Shown here piece after piece: positions 49,690-60,109 of a stretch of 64,000 bases of DNA. The translations under genes and the position numbers were made by a program. Origin of the DNA: an uncultured Thermodesulfobacteriota bacterium (GTDB taxonomy: Bacteria > Desulfobacterota > Desulfomonilia > UBA1062); the NCBI GenBank assembly GCA_942491525.1, contig CALOBW010000030.1:157156-221155 (forward strand), given 5' to 3'. Every line of letters starts with the position of its first letter. Positions within the stretch are counted from its first letter, which is position 1. The notes beneath the pieces were generated by a model. That model worked only from the letters and a program-made list of their open reading frames with translations, did no database searches and was not told the DNA's origin.

Positions 49690-50238
49690 ATGACACAAGA
49701 CAGTAACAATGACGAAGACCCACTCAGTTATCGCAAAACCCGCGCAACGGACGGCCACGAGATCTACCGCCTGGTCCAGCGCTGCAAGCCCCTCGACCTA
49801 AACTCCTGCTATCACTACCTGCTGCTGGCCCACCAGTTTGACGAGACCTGCATCGTTGCCTGCAACGGGTCCCAGATTGTGGGCTACATCTCAGCCTTCA
49901 TCCACCCCAAGCAGCCCGACACCCTATTTGTCTGGCAGGTTGCCGTGGATGCCGACCTGCGCGGACGCGGCGTCGCCACACAGATGCTCAACAAACTGTT
50001 AAGCCGCGACACCCTGGACGGGGTCCGCTATCTTGAGACAACCATCGGACCAGCCAACACCGCCTCACGCACCCTTTTTCATTCCCTGGCCTTCAACATG
50101 GGCGCAACCTGTTCCGAATCGGCCTACTTCAGCGCCGACCACTTCGGCGGCCCCGAGCACGAGGATGAGATCCTTTTCAGAATTGGCCCCTTCAATGCAG
50201 ATCAGATCAAAAGAGGAGTAAATAATGCGAATATTTGA
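49690..50238 (+). CDS. ectA: L-2,4-diaminobutyrate acetyltransferase
   Basis: CKPLDLNSCYHYLL, FVWQVAVD, LETTI and HEDEILFRIGP. Confidence 0.95.
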   Translation: MTQDSNNDEDPLSYRKTRATDGHEIYRLVQRCKPLDLNSCYHYLLLAHQFDETCIVACNGSQIVGYISAFIHPKQPDTLFVWQVAVDADLRGRGVATQMLNKLLSRDTLDGVRYLETTIGPANTASRTLFHSLAFNMGATCSESAYFSADHFGGPEHEDEILFRIGPFNADQIKRGVNNANI

Positions 50239-51505
50239 CAAACTTGAATCAGAAGTACGAGGTTACGTCAGAAGCTTCCCCGTAATCTTCGACCGCGCCA
50301 AAGCTGACAAACTTTACGATGAACAGGGTACTGAATATATCGACTTCTTCGCCGGCGCCGGCACCCTGAACTACGGCCACAACAACGACATGGTGCAGGA
50401 GGCGTTGATCAGCTACCTGCAGCATGAGGGCGTGGTTCACGGCCTGGACATGGCAACCACGGCCAAGAAGAACTTTCTGGAGAAATTTGACTCAACCATC
50501 CTGGAGCCGCGCCACATGGACTACAAGGTCCAGTTCTCCGGCCCCACCGGCACCAACGCCGTGGAAACCGCCCTCAAGCTGGCGCGCATGGTCAAAGGCC
50601 GCTCCAATGTGATCTCGTTCACCAACGGCTATCACGGCCTGACCATGGGTTCCATGGCCATAACCGGCAACGCCTTCTACCGCGATGAAGCTTTCATCAA
50701 CCGTTCCAATGTCGCCTTCATGCCCTTTGACGGCTACTTCGGCGAAGAGGTCAACACCGCCGACTACCTGCGCAAATTTCTAAATGACCAGAGCAGCGGC
50801 GTCGACCTGCCCTCGGCCATCATTCTGGAGACCGTCCAGGCCGAAGGCGGCGTCAATGTAGCCAGCAACCAGTGGCTGCAGGAGATCGAACAGATCTGCC
50901 GCGACTACGACATTTTGCTGATCATCGATGACATCCAGGTGGGCAACGGCCGCACCGGCAAGTTCTTCAGCTTTGAGGACGCCGGCATAAATCCGGACAT
51001 CGTCTGCCTCTCCAAATCGATCGGCGGCGGCCTGCCGCTCTCGCTGGTGCTGATCCGCTCCGAGCTGGACCAGTGGAAACCCGGCGAACATACCGGCACC
51101 TTCCGCGGCAACAACCTGGCCTTTGTGGCCTCAACCCAGCTCTTGAGCTACTGGGACAACGACCAGCTGACTCAGACCGTCGAGTACAAGGAGAAGATCC
51201 TGACCGAGGAGCTCGAGAAGATCATGGCAAAGTATCCCGAACTGAACGCCTCATTAAGGGGCCGCGGCCTGATCTACGGCCTGCACATCCCCGAACGCGG
51301 TTTCTGCAGCGATCTCTCCAGCGCGGCCTTTGAACGCGGCCTGATAATCGAACTGGCCGGCGCCGAGGATGATGTGCTCAAGTTCCTGCCGCCCCTGATC
51401 ATTGAGGAGGAGAACCTGCGGGCCGGCATCCGGATCATAGACGAGGCCATTGACCATCTGCTGACCCAGCGCCACGAGATGCGCGCGGGAGACCCGGCCA
51501 AATGA
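50225..51505 (+). CDS. ectB: Diaminobutyrate-2-oxoglutarate transaminase
   Basis: [40 protein letters not shown] and [11 protein letters not shown]. Confidence 0.97.
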   Translation: MRIFDKLESEVRGYVRSFPVIFDRAKADKLYDEQGTEYIDFFAGAGTLNYGHNNDMVQEALISYLQHEGVVHGLDMATTAKKNFLEKFDSTILEPRHMDYKVQFSGPTGTNAVETALKLARMVKGRSNVISFTNGYHGLTMGSMAITGNAFYRDEAFINRSNVAFMPFDGYFGEEVNTADYLRKFLNDQSSGVDLPSAIILETVQAEGGVNVASNQWLQEIEQICRDYDILLIIDDIQVGNGRTGKFFSFEDAGINPDIVCLSKSIGGGLPLSLVLIRSELDQWKPGEHTGTFRGNNLAFVASTQLLSYWDNDQLTQTVEYKEKILTEELEKIMAKYPELNASLRGRGLIYGLHIPERGFCSDLSSAAFERGLIIELAGAEDDVLKFLPPLIIEEENLRAGIRIIDEAIDHLLTQRHEMRAGDPAK

Positions 51506-51894
51506 TTGTCCGACAGATTGACGAGATCAAGGGCAGCCAGTCTGAGGTTAAGGCCCCCAACGGCAACTGGACCAGCCGCCGCATGCTGACCAAGTCCGAC
51601 GGGATGGGCTTCTCCTTTCATGAAACCATCATCCACGCCGGCACCGAAACCCACATTCACTACACCCACCATCTTGAGGCAGTCTACTGCATCGAGGGTT
51701 CCGGCGAGATCCAGACCCTGGCCGACGGCAAGGTCTACCCCATCACTCCCGGCACCATGTATGCGCTCAATGAAAATGACGAGCACCTGCTGCGCGGTCA
51801 TGAGGAGATGCGCCTGATCTGCGTCTTCAACCCGCCCCTGACCGGCGACGAGGTGCACCGGGCTGACGGCTCCTACGCCCCCGCGACCACCTAA
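51502..51894 (+). CDS. ectC: Ectoine synthase
   Basis: [24 protein letters not shown] and [13 protein letters not shown]. Confidence 0.97.
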   Translation: MIVRQIDEIKGSQSEVKAPNGNWTSRRMLTKSDGMGFSFHETIIHAGTETHIHYTHHLEAVYCIEGSGEIQTLADGKVYPITPGTMYALNENDEHLLRGHEEMRLICVFNPPLTGDEVHRADGSYAPATT

Positions 51895-51901
51895 ACCCTG
51901 C

Positions 51902-51955
51902 AGGGCTGGCCGCTGGTCAGCCCTACTACCCTCCATTATCCGGCCTGGATAATGG
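51902..51955 (+). terminator. Tandem hairpins after ectC
   Basis: AGGGCTGGCC-GCT-GGTCAGCCCT and CCATTATCC-GGCCT-GGATAATGG; no U-tract. Confidence 0.5.
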
Positions 51956-51986
51956 CCTCCCCCACAACAGCCCGCAGCCGACCTGC

Positions 51987-54419
51987 TTGAAAATTGACGA
52001 TAAATCATTATTTTTAAGCATGATGCGATTATCACGACCTCACAAAACGCTGGCGCTGCAATATTTAACCATCATCGCACTGCTGCTCAGCCCAGACGGC
52101 GCAAGGGCCGCCGAGACCGTGATTGCCGCCGTTCCCAGAAATTTCCCGCCATACTATGTCGTAGAGAAGAGCGGCCGCGTTGACGGCTTTGCCATTGAGA
52201 TCATGGACCAGCTCGCCATGCGCTCCGGCATCAACATCAAATACCGCACCTACGACAACTGGGCAGAGGTCAAACGCGCCGTCCAGAGGGGAGAAGCGCT
52301 AATCATCCCCAACATCGGCATCCTGCCGGAGCGCTCCAGCTGGCTGGACTTCTCGCTGCCCATTGACACATTCACCGTCAGCATCTGGGTCAGATCCAAC
52401 ACGCATGACATCAACAGCGCCGCCGACCTCACCGGACGCTCCCTGGCCGTCGTCAAAACCAATATCGGCGAAAGTCTGGCGGCAAAGATGGACGATACCG
52501 AAATATTGCAACTGAATGATCCGCAGGATGCGCTCCTGATGCTGCTGGCCGGGCAGATTGATGCCCTGATCTACCCGGATCCGGTAATCGCCTGGATTAT
52601 CAGCAGCGCCAAGATAGAGGACCGTTTCAAACCGCTCGCACAACCGCTGACTGAGATCAAAAGGGCTGTCGCCATCCGCAAAGGAAATCCCGAACTACTG
52701 CAGCGCATCAATACTGCCGCCGCCGAGCTAGTCGGCAGCCAAGAATATGAAAAGATCCACCAGAAATGGTTCCGCACACCAGCCCCATTCTGGTCAGTAC
52801 GCCGCGTCACCATGGCCCTGGGCAGCATCCTGCTGCTTTCAATCACAGTGCTGCTGCTCTGGCGGCATCTCAGCATCCTGAAGATCAATCAGCATCTGCG
52901 CTACAATATCAAAGAGAAAGAAGATGCCCAGAAGGAGCGCAACCATCTGATCGCAGCCATTGAGCAGGCCGCCGAAATCATCCTGATAACCAAGATTGAT
53001 GGCAAAATCATCTATGTAAATCCGGCATTCACCACAATCACCGGTTACGAGCCGCATGAGGTGTTCGGTAAGAATCCCCGCATCCTAAAGAGCGGCTGCC
53101 AGGATGAACAGTTCTACACTGAGATGTGGCGCACCCTAACCAACGGTCACGTCTGGCAGGGACATATGATCAACCGCCGCAAGGATGGCCAGCTCTACGA
53201 AGAGGACTCCTCAATCTCTCCGATCAAAGACCGCAACGGCCAGATCATCAGCTTTGTCGCCGTCAAACGGGATGTCACCAATGAGATCAGGCTTGAAAAA
53301 CAGCTGCGCCAATCCCAGAAGCTGGAGGCCATCGGCACGCTGGCCGGCGGCATTGCCCATGATTTCAACAATATTCTCAGCATCATCATGGCCTCCACGG
53401 ACATCGCCAGAGAGAGCACCTCCCAAGATAGCATCAACAAATATCTGGATGACATAATGGGGGCCAGCGTGAGAGCCAAGGATCTGGTGCAGCAGATCCT
53501 GTCAATCAGCCGCACCACAGAACCGAAGCTGACGCCGATCATGTTCAACCTGGTGGTCAAGGAGACCCTGAAACTGCTGCGGGCCTCAATCCCGGCAACC
53601 ATAACCATTAAATCTCAGGTCGATACGGATTGCAAGATCATGGCCGACCCGACCATGATTCATCAGATTGTGGTAAATCTGGCCACCAATGCCTATCATG
53701 CATTGAAGGAGAGCGGGGGAACCTTAACGGTTAACCTTCAACAGATTCTTGTCAAAAAAGAACGTATCCTGAACCTGCCGACCGGAACATATGCGAAGCT
53801 GATTGTCAGTGACGATGGCCCCGGCATCGAACACAGCCTGCTGGAACGTATTTTTGACCCCTACTTCACCACCAAAGCGCAGGGAGAGGGAACCGGCCTC
53901 GGGCTCTCAATCGTGCAGCGGATTGTCAACCAGCTGCACGGCCTGATCACCGTCTACAGCGAGCTGGGAGAAGGCACAACCTTCAATGTCTACCTGCCCA
54001 CCCTCAACAGCGAGACGCAAGCAGTTGATGCGGCCTGCGACAACATCCCGACCGGCAGTGAACAGATCCTGCTGGTGGAGGATGAAGATATCCTGCGCAA
54101 CATCATGCAGGAGCTGCTGCAAAGTCTGGGCTACCGCGTGACAAGTTATTCTGATCCACAGGATGCACTCAATGACGTACGGACCTACGATCTGCTGATT
54201 ACCGACCTGACCATGCCGCATATGACCGGCCTTGAGCTGACCCGCCGGCTGCACCAACTCAATCCGCAGCTGCCAGTGATTCTATACTCCGGCTTTTTCG
54301 ATGAGGAGATGCTGCAGAAGGCCCGGGATGCCGGCATCGACCGCTACCTCCAGAAACCCGTCCTCAAGGAGACACTGGCCTCAACCATCCGTCAAATACT
54401 GGATGGAGAGCCGTCATGA
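51987..54419 (+). CDS. Hybrid sensor kinase (PBP3-TM-PAS-HisKA-HATPase-REC); start uncertain
   Basis: PBP domain, YVNPAF PAS, LAGGIAHDFNN, GTGLGL and LVEDE...ITDLTMP. Confidence 0.93.
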   Translation: MKIDDKSLFLSMMRLSRPHKTLALQYLTIIALLLSPDGARAAETVIAAVPRNFPPYYVVEKSGRVDGFAIEIMDQLAMRSGINIKYRTYDNWAEVKRAVQRGEALIIPNIGILPERSSWLDFSLPIDTFTVSIWVRSNTHDINSAADLTGRSLAVVKTNIGESLAAKMDDTEILQLNDPQDALLMLLAGQIDALIYPDPVIAWIISSAKIEDRFKPLAQPLTEIKRAVAIRKGNPELLQRINTAAAELVGSQEYEKIHQKWFRTPAPFWSVRRVTMALGSILLLSITVLLLWRHLSILKINQHLRYNIKEKEDAQKERNHLIAAIEQAAEIILITKIDGKIIYVNPAFTTITGYEPHEVFGKNPRILKSGCQDEQFYTEMWRTLTNGHVWQGHMINRRKDGQLYEEDSSISPIKDRNGQIISFVAVKRDVTNEIRLEKQLRQSQKLEAIGTLAGGIAHDFNNILSIIMASTDIARESTSQDSINKYLDDIMGASVRAKDLVQQILSISRTTEPKLTPIMFNLVVKETLKLLRASIPATITIKSQVDTDCKIMADPTMIHQIVVNLATNAYHALKESGGTLTVNLQQILVKKERILNLPTGTYAKLIVSDDGPGIEHSLLERIFDPYFTTKAQGEGTGLGLSIVQRIVNQLHGLITVYSELGEGTTFNVYLPTLNSETQAVDAACDNIPTGSEQILLVEDEDILRNIMQELLQSLGYRVTSYSDPQDALNDVRTYDLLITDLTMPHMTGLELTRRLHQLNPQLPVILYSGFFDEEMLQKARDAGIDRYLQKPVLKETLASTIRQILDGEPS

Positions 54420-56179
54420 GACCTGCGGGAGCTGTGCCACACCAGAACGGAACCAGTTTCAGCGTCTGGGCGCCCCATGCCGCCGCCGTCTATGTCACGG
54501 GCAGCTTCAACAGTTGGGATATGACCAAGCACCCCATGCAGAGTGCAGCCGACGGCTGGTGGTCACTCGATATCGCCGACGCAAGGCCGGGTGACGAATA
54601 TCTTTACAGAATCATCAACAACGACAGGGAGTACACCAGGATTGACCCCTATGCCCGCCAGGTCACAGACTCCTTGGGCCACGCAATCATCAGAGATCCC
54701 TGCCGGCCCCAGGCCGGATTCAATCCCCCGCCCTTGGAGAAGATGGTCATCTACGAGCTCCACATCGGCACCTTCGGCAAGCAGGGCACCGACCCGGGCC
54801 CCGGCGATCTGAGGGGCGCCATCGAACGCCTGGCATACCTTAAGGATCTGGGTATAAATGCCGTGGAGATCATGCCGCTGGCTGAATTCGCCGGCGGCTT
54901 CTCCTGGGGCTACAACCCGTCCCAGATCTTTGCCATCGAAAGCGAATACGGCGCGCCGCATACATTCAGCAAATTTGTCACCGAGGCCCACCGGCTCGGC
55001 ATCGCCGTGATCGTGGATGTGGTCTACAACCACCTGGGGCCCACCGACCTCAATCTGTGGCAGTTCGACGGCTGGAGCGAAAACGACAAAGGCGGCATCT
55101 ACTTCTACAATGACTGGCGCTCCAGCACGCCCTGGGGGGAGACGCGCCCCGATTACGGGCGCCAGGAGGTGCGGGAGTATATCCGCGACAACGCCCTGAC
55201 CTGGTTTAAGGAGTATGGCGTTGACGGTCTGCGCTGGGACATGACCGCCTATATCCGCAACGTGGAGGGCCACAACAACCCGGCCAGCGATCTGCCGGAA
55301 GGCTGGAGCCTGATGCAGTGGATCAACGGCGAAATCAGGCAGCAGTGGCCCGGCGCCATCACCATCGCCGAGGACCTGCAGAACAACGCCTACCTGACCA
55401 AGCCGGTGCAGGATGGCGGGGCCGGCTTCAGCGCCCAGTGGGCCGCCCCCTTTGTGCATGCCGTCAGAAACGCGTTGCTAGAGGCCGACGATGCACAGCG
55501 CGACATGCAGGCCGTGCGCAATGCCATCCTGCACCGCTACTATCTGAATGCCTTTGAACGCGTAATCTACACCGAGTCGCACGATGAGGTCTCAAACGGC
55601 AAGGCCCGCGTGCCGGAGGAGGTCGACCCCGGCCGGGCCTCCTCATGGGCCGCCAAGAAAAAGTCAACCCTGGGGGCTGCGCTGGTCCTGACCGCGCCCG
55701 GCATTCCCATGCTGTTCCAGGGGCAGGAGTTTCTCGAAGATGACTGGTTCCATGATCAGGACCCCATCGACTGGACCAAAAAAACGCGCTTTGGCGGCAT
55801 CCTGAAGCTCTACCAGGATCTGATCCGCCTGCGCCTCAATCGAGACGGCCGGACCGCGGGACTCAGCGGCCAGAATGTGGACGTCTATCATCTGGACAAT
55901 GACAGCAAAGTCATTGCCTATCACAGATGGCAGACAGGCGGCCCCGGTGACAGCGTCGTTGTGCTGGCAAACTTCTCGACCCGGACATTGAATGACTATC
56001 TACTAGCAATGCCCGCCGCCGCAGAGTGGCGCGTGGTCCTGAACAGCGACAGCCGCCACTACGACCCCGAGTTTGGCGATCTGGGCAATATCACCGTCCA
56101 GACCGGGGCCAACAACAGCGTCCGTCTAAACATAGCGCCCTACAGCGTGCTCATACTGTCCCAGACAAACGCTCAATAG
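54416..56179 (+). CDS. GH13 CBM48 glycosidase (trehalohydrolase/branching-enzyme-like)
   Basis: FSVWAPHA, IYELHIG, SWGYNP, DVVYNH, GLRWD, IAED and ESHDE; ATGA overlap with the kinase. Confidence 0.9.
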   Translation: MRPAGAVPHQNGTSFSVWAPHAAAVYVTGSFNSWDMTKHPMQSAADGWWSLDIADARPGDEYLYRIINNDREYTRIDPYARQVTDSLGHAIIRDPCRPQAGFNPPPLEKMVIYELHIGTFGKQGTDPGPGDLRGAIERLAYLKDLGINAVEIMPLAEFAGGFSWGYNPSQIFAIESEYGAPHTFSKFVTEAHRLGIAVIVDVVYNHLGPTDLNLWQFDGWSENDKGGIYFYNDWRSSTPWGETRPDYGRQEVREYIRDNALTWFKEYGVDGLRWDMTAYIRNVEGHNNPASDLPEGWSLMQWINGEIRQQWPGAITIAEDLQNNAYLTKPVQDGGAGFSAQWAAPFVHAVRNALLEADDAQRDMQAVRNAILHRYYLNAFERVIYTESHDEVSNGKARVPEEVDPGRASSWAAKKKSTLGAALVLTAPGIPMLFQGQEFLEDDWFHDQDPIDWTKKTRFGGILKLYQDLIRLRLNRDGRTAGLSGQNVDVYHLDNDSKVIAYHRWQTGGPGDSVVVLANFSTRTLNDYLLAMPAAAEWRVVLNSDSRHYDPEFGDLGNITVQTGANNSVRLNIAPYSVLILSQTNAQ

Positions 56180-57282
56180 ATCCCATCCTCATGGTAGAAG
56201 AGCTCAACGCCGCGGCGCATCAGCTCATTCAGGAAGGGGTCCGGGTTCTCCAGCAGACGTTCGGCCGAGTAGATTCCGCCCGGTTGCTTTTTGAACTTGC
56301 CCTGCAGCTCCCAGAGCGCGGCCACCGTACAGGGCACCGAGGTGATGATGCCGATGTGGCCGATGTAGCTGTAGGTGCGGTGGGCGGTCTGCCCCTCATG
56401 GGTTCCATAGACATCCACCCGGCCGACCGACTTATCCAGGCCACCCGAGCCGAAGATGCTCTCGATGCGGTAGAAGAACTCACCGGCCCGCTTGCGCCGC
56501 GCATGGTTCTTGAAGAGGCCGGTGGCGGCCAGCGCCTTGATCAGCTGCGGAATATAGGCCGGCTGCACACCACCGTGCAGGGTGACCTCGCTCAAGCCCT
56601 TCAGGTTGCGCGGAATGGAGACCGACTCGGCGTGGCCGGTATAGTAGACCGGCAGATCGCCCATGGGAAATGGGAAGCGCACCAGTTTGCGCCCGTCGCC
56701 GGTCTTGACGGCCTGTTCGCGCCCGCGGATGGTCTGCAGGGTGGTGCCGTTGAAGATGTTGAAGAGATGGGCCAGATTGGCCGGTCCGGCCGCCTCATTG
56801 GAGCCGGCCGCCCAGTGGATGTTGATGCGCCGGGGATTATCCATGGAGTTATAGCCCTTGCGCGCCAGGACCTGGGTGATGCCGGGCGAGTTGCCGAAAC
56901 CGGTCAGAATGCGCACGCCCTTCTTTCTGGCCTCGCGCTCAAAATCGAGCAGCTCCAGATAGGCTTCATAGTCGTCGCAGATTGAGACATAGGGCCGCTT
57001 GGCATCCAGGGCGGCGCGCACCATGGGCTTCTCAAAATGGTAGAACGGCCCCACAAAACCCATTGTGATGTCATGATCCTGCATGGCCTTGACCAGCGCG
57101 GAATGTTCACTTACATCAAGGGCAAGAGCATTGAAACGCTCATCGCGCCGCTGGATGGCCAGCATGGCCCGACCCAGATCCAGATCAGCCACCGTTACCT
57201 GACTGATGCCCTTTTCCCCGGCCAGCTCATCAAGAGCGTCCCTGGCCATGTCACCGGCACCGCCCAGAACCAGAACTTTCAT
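56173..57282 (-). CDS. Saccharopine dehydrogenase-family oxidoreductase
   Basis: VLVLGGAGDM, FVGPFY, YVSICDD and GFGNSPGIT; GGAGG before ATG at 57282. Confidence 0.9.
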   Translation of the reverse strand: MKVLVLGGAGDMARDALDELAGEKGISQVTVADLDLGRAMLAIQRRDERFNALALDVSEHSALVKAMQDHDITMGFVGPFYHFEKPMVRAALDAKRPYVSICDDYEAYLELLDFEREARKKGVRILTGFGNSPGITQVLARKGYNSMDNPRRINIHWAAGSNEAAGPANLAHLFNIFNGTTLQTIRGREQAVKTGDGRKLVRFPFPMGDLPVYYTGHAESVSIPRNLKGLSEVTLHGGVQPAYIPQLIKALAATGLFKNHARRKRAGEFFYRIESIFGSGGLDKSVGRVDVYGTHEGQTAHRTYSYIGHIGIITSVPCTVAALWELQGKFKKQPGGIYSAERLLENPDPFLNELMRRGVELFYHEDGIY

Positions 57283-57319
57283 AGTAACCTCCTTCAATCA
57301 GAAATAATCATTCAATAAA

Positions 57320-57340
57320 TGTGCTGTAATTTATAGCACA
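57320..57340. promoter_or_regulatory. Palindromic operator candidate
   Basis: TGTGCTGTAA-T-TTATAGCACA, 38 nt upstream of the dehydrogenase start. Confidence 0.5.
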
Positions 57341-57539
57341 GAGCCAGGGCAGGATTACAGATGCAAGTTTAAACCCCGACCGGATCCCAAGTGAAGTTAA
57401 CGGTGGATAATTAAATCAGCCGGACTGCAATCCATTGTTTTGCGCAAAAAGAAGCCATTTTTTATGCTTTTAACTTGATTAAGACCAGCAAAAGTTATAG
57501 ATAGCCTATTGTCTATATTTCATTTTGAGGAAGGATATT

Positions 57540-58160
57540 ATGAGAAAAACATTTCTAGGACTAATTATACTTATACTCTGCTGCCAGCCGGCCTTTGCCG
57601 ACACACCTGACTTCGGGCCGGACGGACTGAAGGGCCTCAGCGAATCTCAGATAGCAGAGCTCAACCAGGGCAAGCTGATCTTCTCAACCAGCGATGACGG
57701 CAACGAGGAGAGCTCCCTAATTGAATCGGTGGCCATCTTCAACAAGACGCCGCAGCAGACCTGGGACCTGCTGGTCCAGACCCACCGCCAGGTCGAGTAC
57801 CTCAAAGAGCTGGCCGAGACCAAGATTATCAAGAAGGAGGATGATGAAGACATCATCTACTTCAAGCTCAAGTCAGTAATCACCATCAACTACCAGGTGG
57901 AGCATGAATTTGACTATGACAAGCTCTACATCCACTGGGAGCTGGACGATGACTATGCCAACGAACTGGATGACCTGCGCGGGTTCTGGAGACTCTACCC
58001 CTATGATGGCGGCCAGAAGACCCTGGTGCGTTACGGCAGCAGCGTCACCCTCAGGGGCGTGCCGGATTTCGTGCAGAACATGTTCAAGAAGGGCGGCGTC
58101 GGAAAATCACTCAAGACCGTCCGCAAATGGGTCGAGTCCGACGGCACATACCACAAATAG
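57540..58160 (+). CDS. Exported START/SRPBCC-like lipid-binding protein
   Basis: Signal peptide; WELD..YANELDDLRGFWRLYP...TLVRY helix-grip pattern. Confidence 0.7.
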   Translation: MRKTFLGLIILILCCQPAFADTPDFGPDGLKGLSESQIAELNQGKLIFSTSDDGNEESSLIESVAIFNKTPQQTWDLLVQTHRQVEYLKELAETKIIKKEDDEDIIYFKLKSVITINYQVEHEFDYDKLYIHWELDDDYANELDDLRGFWRLYPYDGGQKTLVRYGSSVTLRGVPDFVQNMFKKGGVGKSLKTVRKWVESDGTYHK

Positions 58161-58172
58161 AGGAGATTATTT

Positions 58173-59390
58173 ATGAAATCATTCAATGTACTTAAAGAGA
58201 ACATCAGCAACACGCTCAACTTCACCGCTGAGATCGTCAACAACTATCCCAACCGCCTGGTGGGCACCAAATCCTGCGACGATGCGGCCAAGAGAATCGC
58301 CGAGGAGTTTGAGAAGAGCTGCGACGAGGGCACGGTCAAGATCGAATCCTTCACCTGCCACCCCAAATCTTTCCTCAAATATATCCGTCCGGCAGTCGGC
58401 ATCTATGGCATATCCACCCTGGCAACCATCTTCAACAAGCCATTCACGGCCCTGGCCGGCTACAGCATCCCCATGGCCATGTTCACCTCCCAGTTTGTGT
58501 TCTACAAAGAGTACTTCGACAAGCTCTTCCCCAAAGAGACCGGCTACAATGTCTGGGGCAGCCTGGAGCCCGAGGGCGAGGTCAAGCAGCAGGTCATCAT
58601 CTGCGGCCACCACGACGCGCCCTACGTCTTCCATCTGATGCACAAGTCACCCAAATACTATCCGCTCTTCATCGTGGCCGGCGTGGTGCCCTTAGTGCTG
58701 GGCGTCATCTTCTCCGTCTACTCCCTGATCAGCGGCAAGAACCCCAAGTGGATCAAGGGCCTGCTGGCCGCCGGCACCGCCGGTGTGCTGCCGCTCTGGA
58801 ACTTCACCACCGACGAGATCGCCCCCGGCGCCGGCGACAACATGATCGCCTCATCCATGGCCAACGAGACCCTCAAGATGTTTGCCGAGCAGAAGAAGAA
58901 GGGCAACGCCCTCAAGAACACCCGCGTCATCTGCCTCTCGGTTGATGCCGAAGAGTCCGGCCTGCGCGGCTCGCGCGCCTTTGCCAAGAAACATCTCAAA
59001 GAACTCGAAGAGGTCAAAACCTACGCCCTGTGCATCGACACGGTCTACAACGCCGACAAGCTGATCTTCTTCGACAACGACCTCAACATGACCGTCGACC
59101 TCTCCCATGAGATGGCCCAAGAGCTGACCGACATCGCCACCGGCCACGGCTACGGCGCCAAGGTTGATCACATGCCCTGGGGCGGCGGCAGCACCGATGC
59201 AGCCGCCTTCGGCGAAGTCGGCATCGACGCCTCGGCCCTGCTGGCCTTTGAGCTGGACGTCAAGAACCTGCAGGACGACCTGGTCTACCACACCCCCAAC
59301 GACACCGTTGACGCCATCGAGCCCCGGGTGGTTGAGCAGTGCCTGACCGTAATCAAGGATTACATCATCAAAAAAGACAAGAACGTATAA
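58173..59390 (+). CDS. M28-family Zn peptidase with membrane segments
   Basis: ICGHHDA, GAGDNM, DAEESGLRGS, GSTDA and YHTPNDT. Confidence 0.9.
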   Translation: MKSFNVLKENISNTLNFTAEIVNNYPNRLVGTKSCDDAAKRIAEEFEKSCDEGTVKIESFTCHPKSFLKYIRPAVGIYGISTLATIFNKPFTALAGYSIPMAMFTSQFVFYKEYFDKLFPKETGYNVWGSLEPEGEVKQQVIICGHHDAPYVFHLMHKSPKYYPLFIVAGVVPLVLGVIFSVYSLISGKNPKWIKGLLAAGTAGVLPLWNFTTDEIAPGAGDNMIASSMANETLKMFAEQKKKGNALKNTRVICLSVDAEESGLRGSRAFAKKHLKELEEVKTYALCIDTVYNADKLIFFDNDLNMTVDLSHEMAQELTDIATGHGYGAKVDHMPWGGGSTDAAAFGEVGIDASALLAFELDVKNLQDDLVYHTPNDTVDAIEPRVVEQCLTVIKDYIIKKDKNV

Positions 59391-59397
59391 GAATTAA

Positions 59398-59422
59398 AGC
59401 CAGCGGAGAGCTTCCGCTGGCT
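59398..59422 (+). terminator. Hairpin after the M28 gene
   Basis: AGCCAGCGGA-GAGCT-TCCGCTGGCT. Confidence 0.55.
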
Positions 59423-59448
59423 CATCTTTCACCACGATAGGAGACTAT

Positions 59449-60003
59449 GTGCGCTATTTACTTTTATTACTGATACTTTTACCCTGCATTGCCCTGCCTG
59501 CATTCGCGGACGATAAAATGCCCCCCACCATTCAGGCCGACAACCATGAACTTCTCCTCAACGGCAGCGGCCTGCGCAAAAAAGCTATTCTGAAAGTCTA
59601 TAACGCGAGTCTCTACCTCAAAGAGCACTCCGCAGATCACAAGAGGATCATCGAGGCCGATGAGGCCATGGCTATCCGCCTGCATATCCGCACCAACCTG
59701 ATCAAGTCGCAGGACTTTATCGAGGCTACCCAGGCCGGCTTTGAAAGAGCAACCAATGGCCAGCTGGACGCCCTGCAGCCGCGCATCAACCTCATGTACA
59801 AAGTCTTCGAGGCCAAGATCAAAGATGATGACACCTATGACATGATCTATCAGCCCGGCAAGGGTATCCACTTTTTCAAGAACGGCATCCACGAAACAAC
59901 AATAGAGGGGCTGGACATGAAGCAGGCACTCTTCGGCGTCTGGCTGGTTGAGAACCCCGCCCACGGCTGCCCCGAACTGCGTAACGGCATGCTGGGACTC
60001 TAA
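59449..60003 (+). CDS. Chalcone-isomerase-like family exported protein
   Basis: Signal peptide, LLLNGSGLRKK..KVYNASLYL and ALFGVWL. Confidence 0.88.
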   Translation: MRYLLLLLILLPCIALPAFADDKMPPTIQADNHELLLNGSGLRKKAILKVYNASLYLKEHSADHKRIIEADEAMAIRLHIRTNLIKSQDFIEATQAGFERATNGQLDALQPRINLMYKVFEAKIKDDDTYDMIYQPGKGIHFFKNGIHETTIEGLDMKQALFGVWLVENPAHGCPELRNGMLGL

Positions 60004-60024
60004 CAATTAGATTTGACAGATACC

Positions 60025-60054
60025 GGCCCGCTCGCAATGAGTGGGCCAATTTTC
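60025..60054 (+). terminator. Intrinsic terminator between convergent genes
   Basis: GGCCCGCTC-GCAAT-GAGTGGGCC-AATTTTC. Confidence 0.6.
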
Positions 60055-60109
60055 TCCCCTCAGCGATATTCGCAACTATTAGGCAAGATCGCCTGCGCCC
60101 TGAATCCGG

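Noticed and set aside
49451-49693. 80-aa ORF overlapping the ectA start (possible EctR or leader peptide)
   Set aside because: No MarR motif; its TTG/ATG starts lie upstream of or within the predicted promoter; no SD. Better explained as leader RNA.
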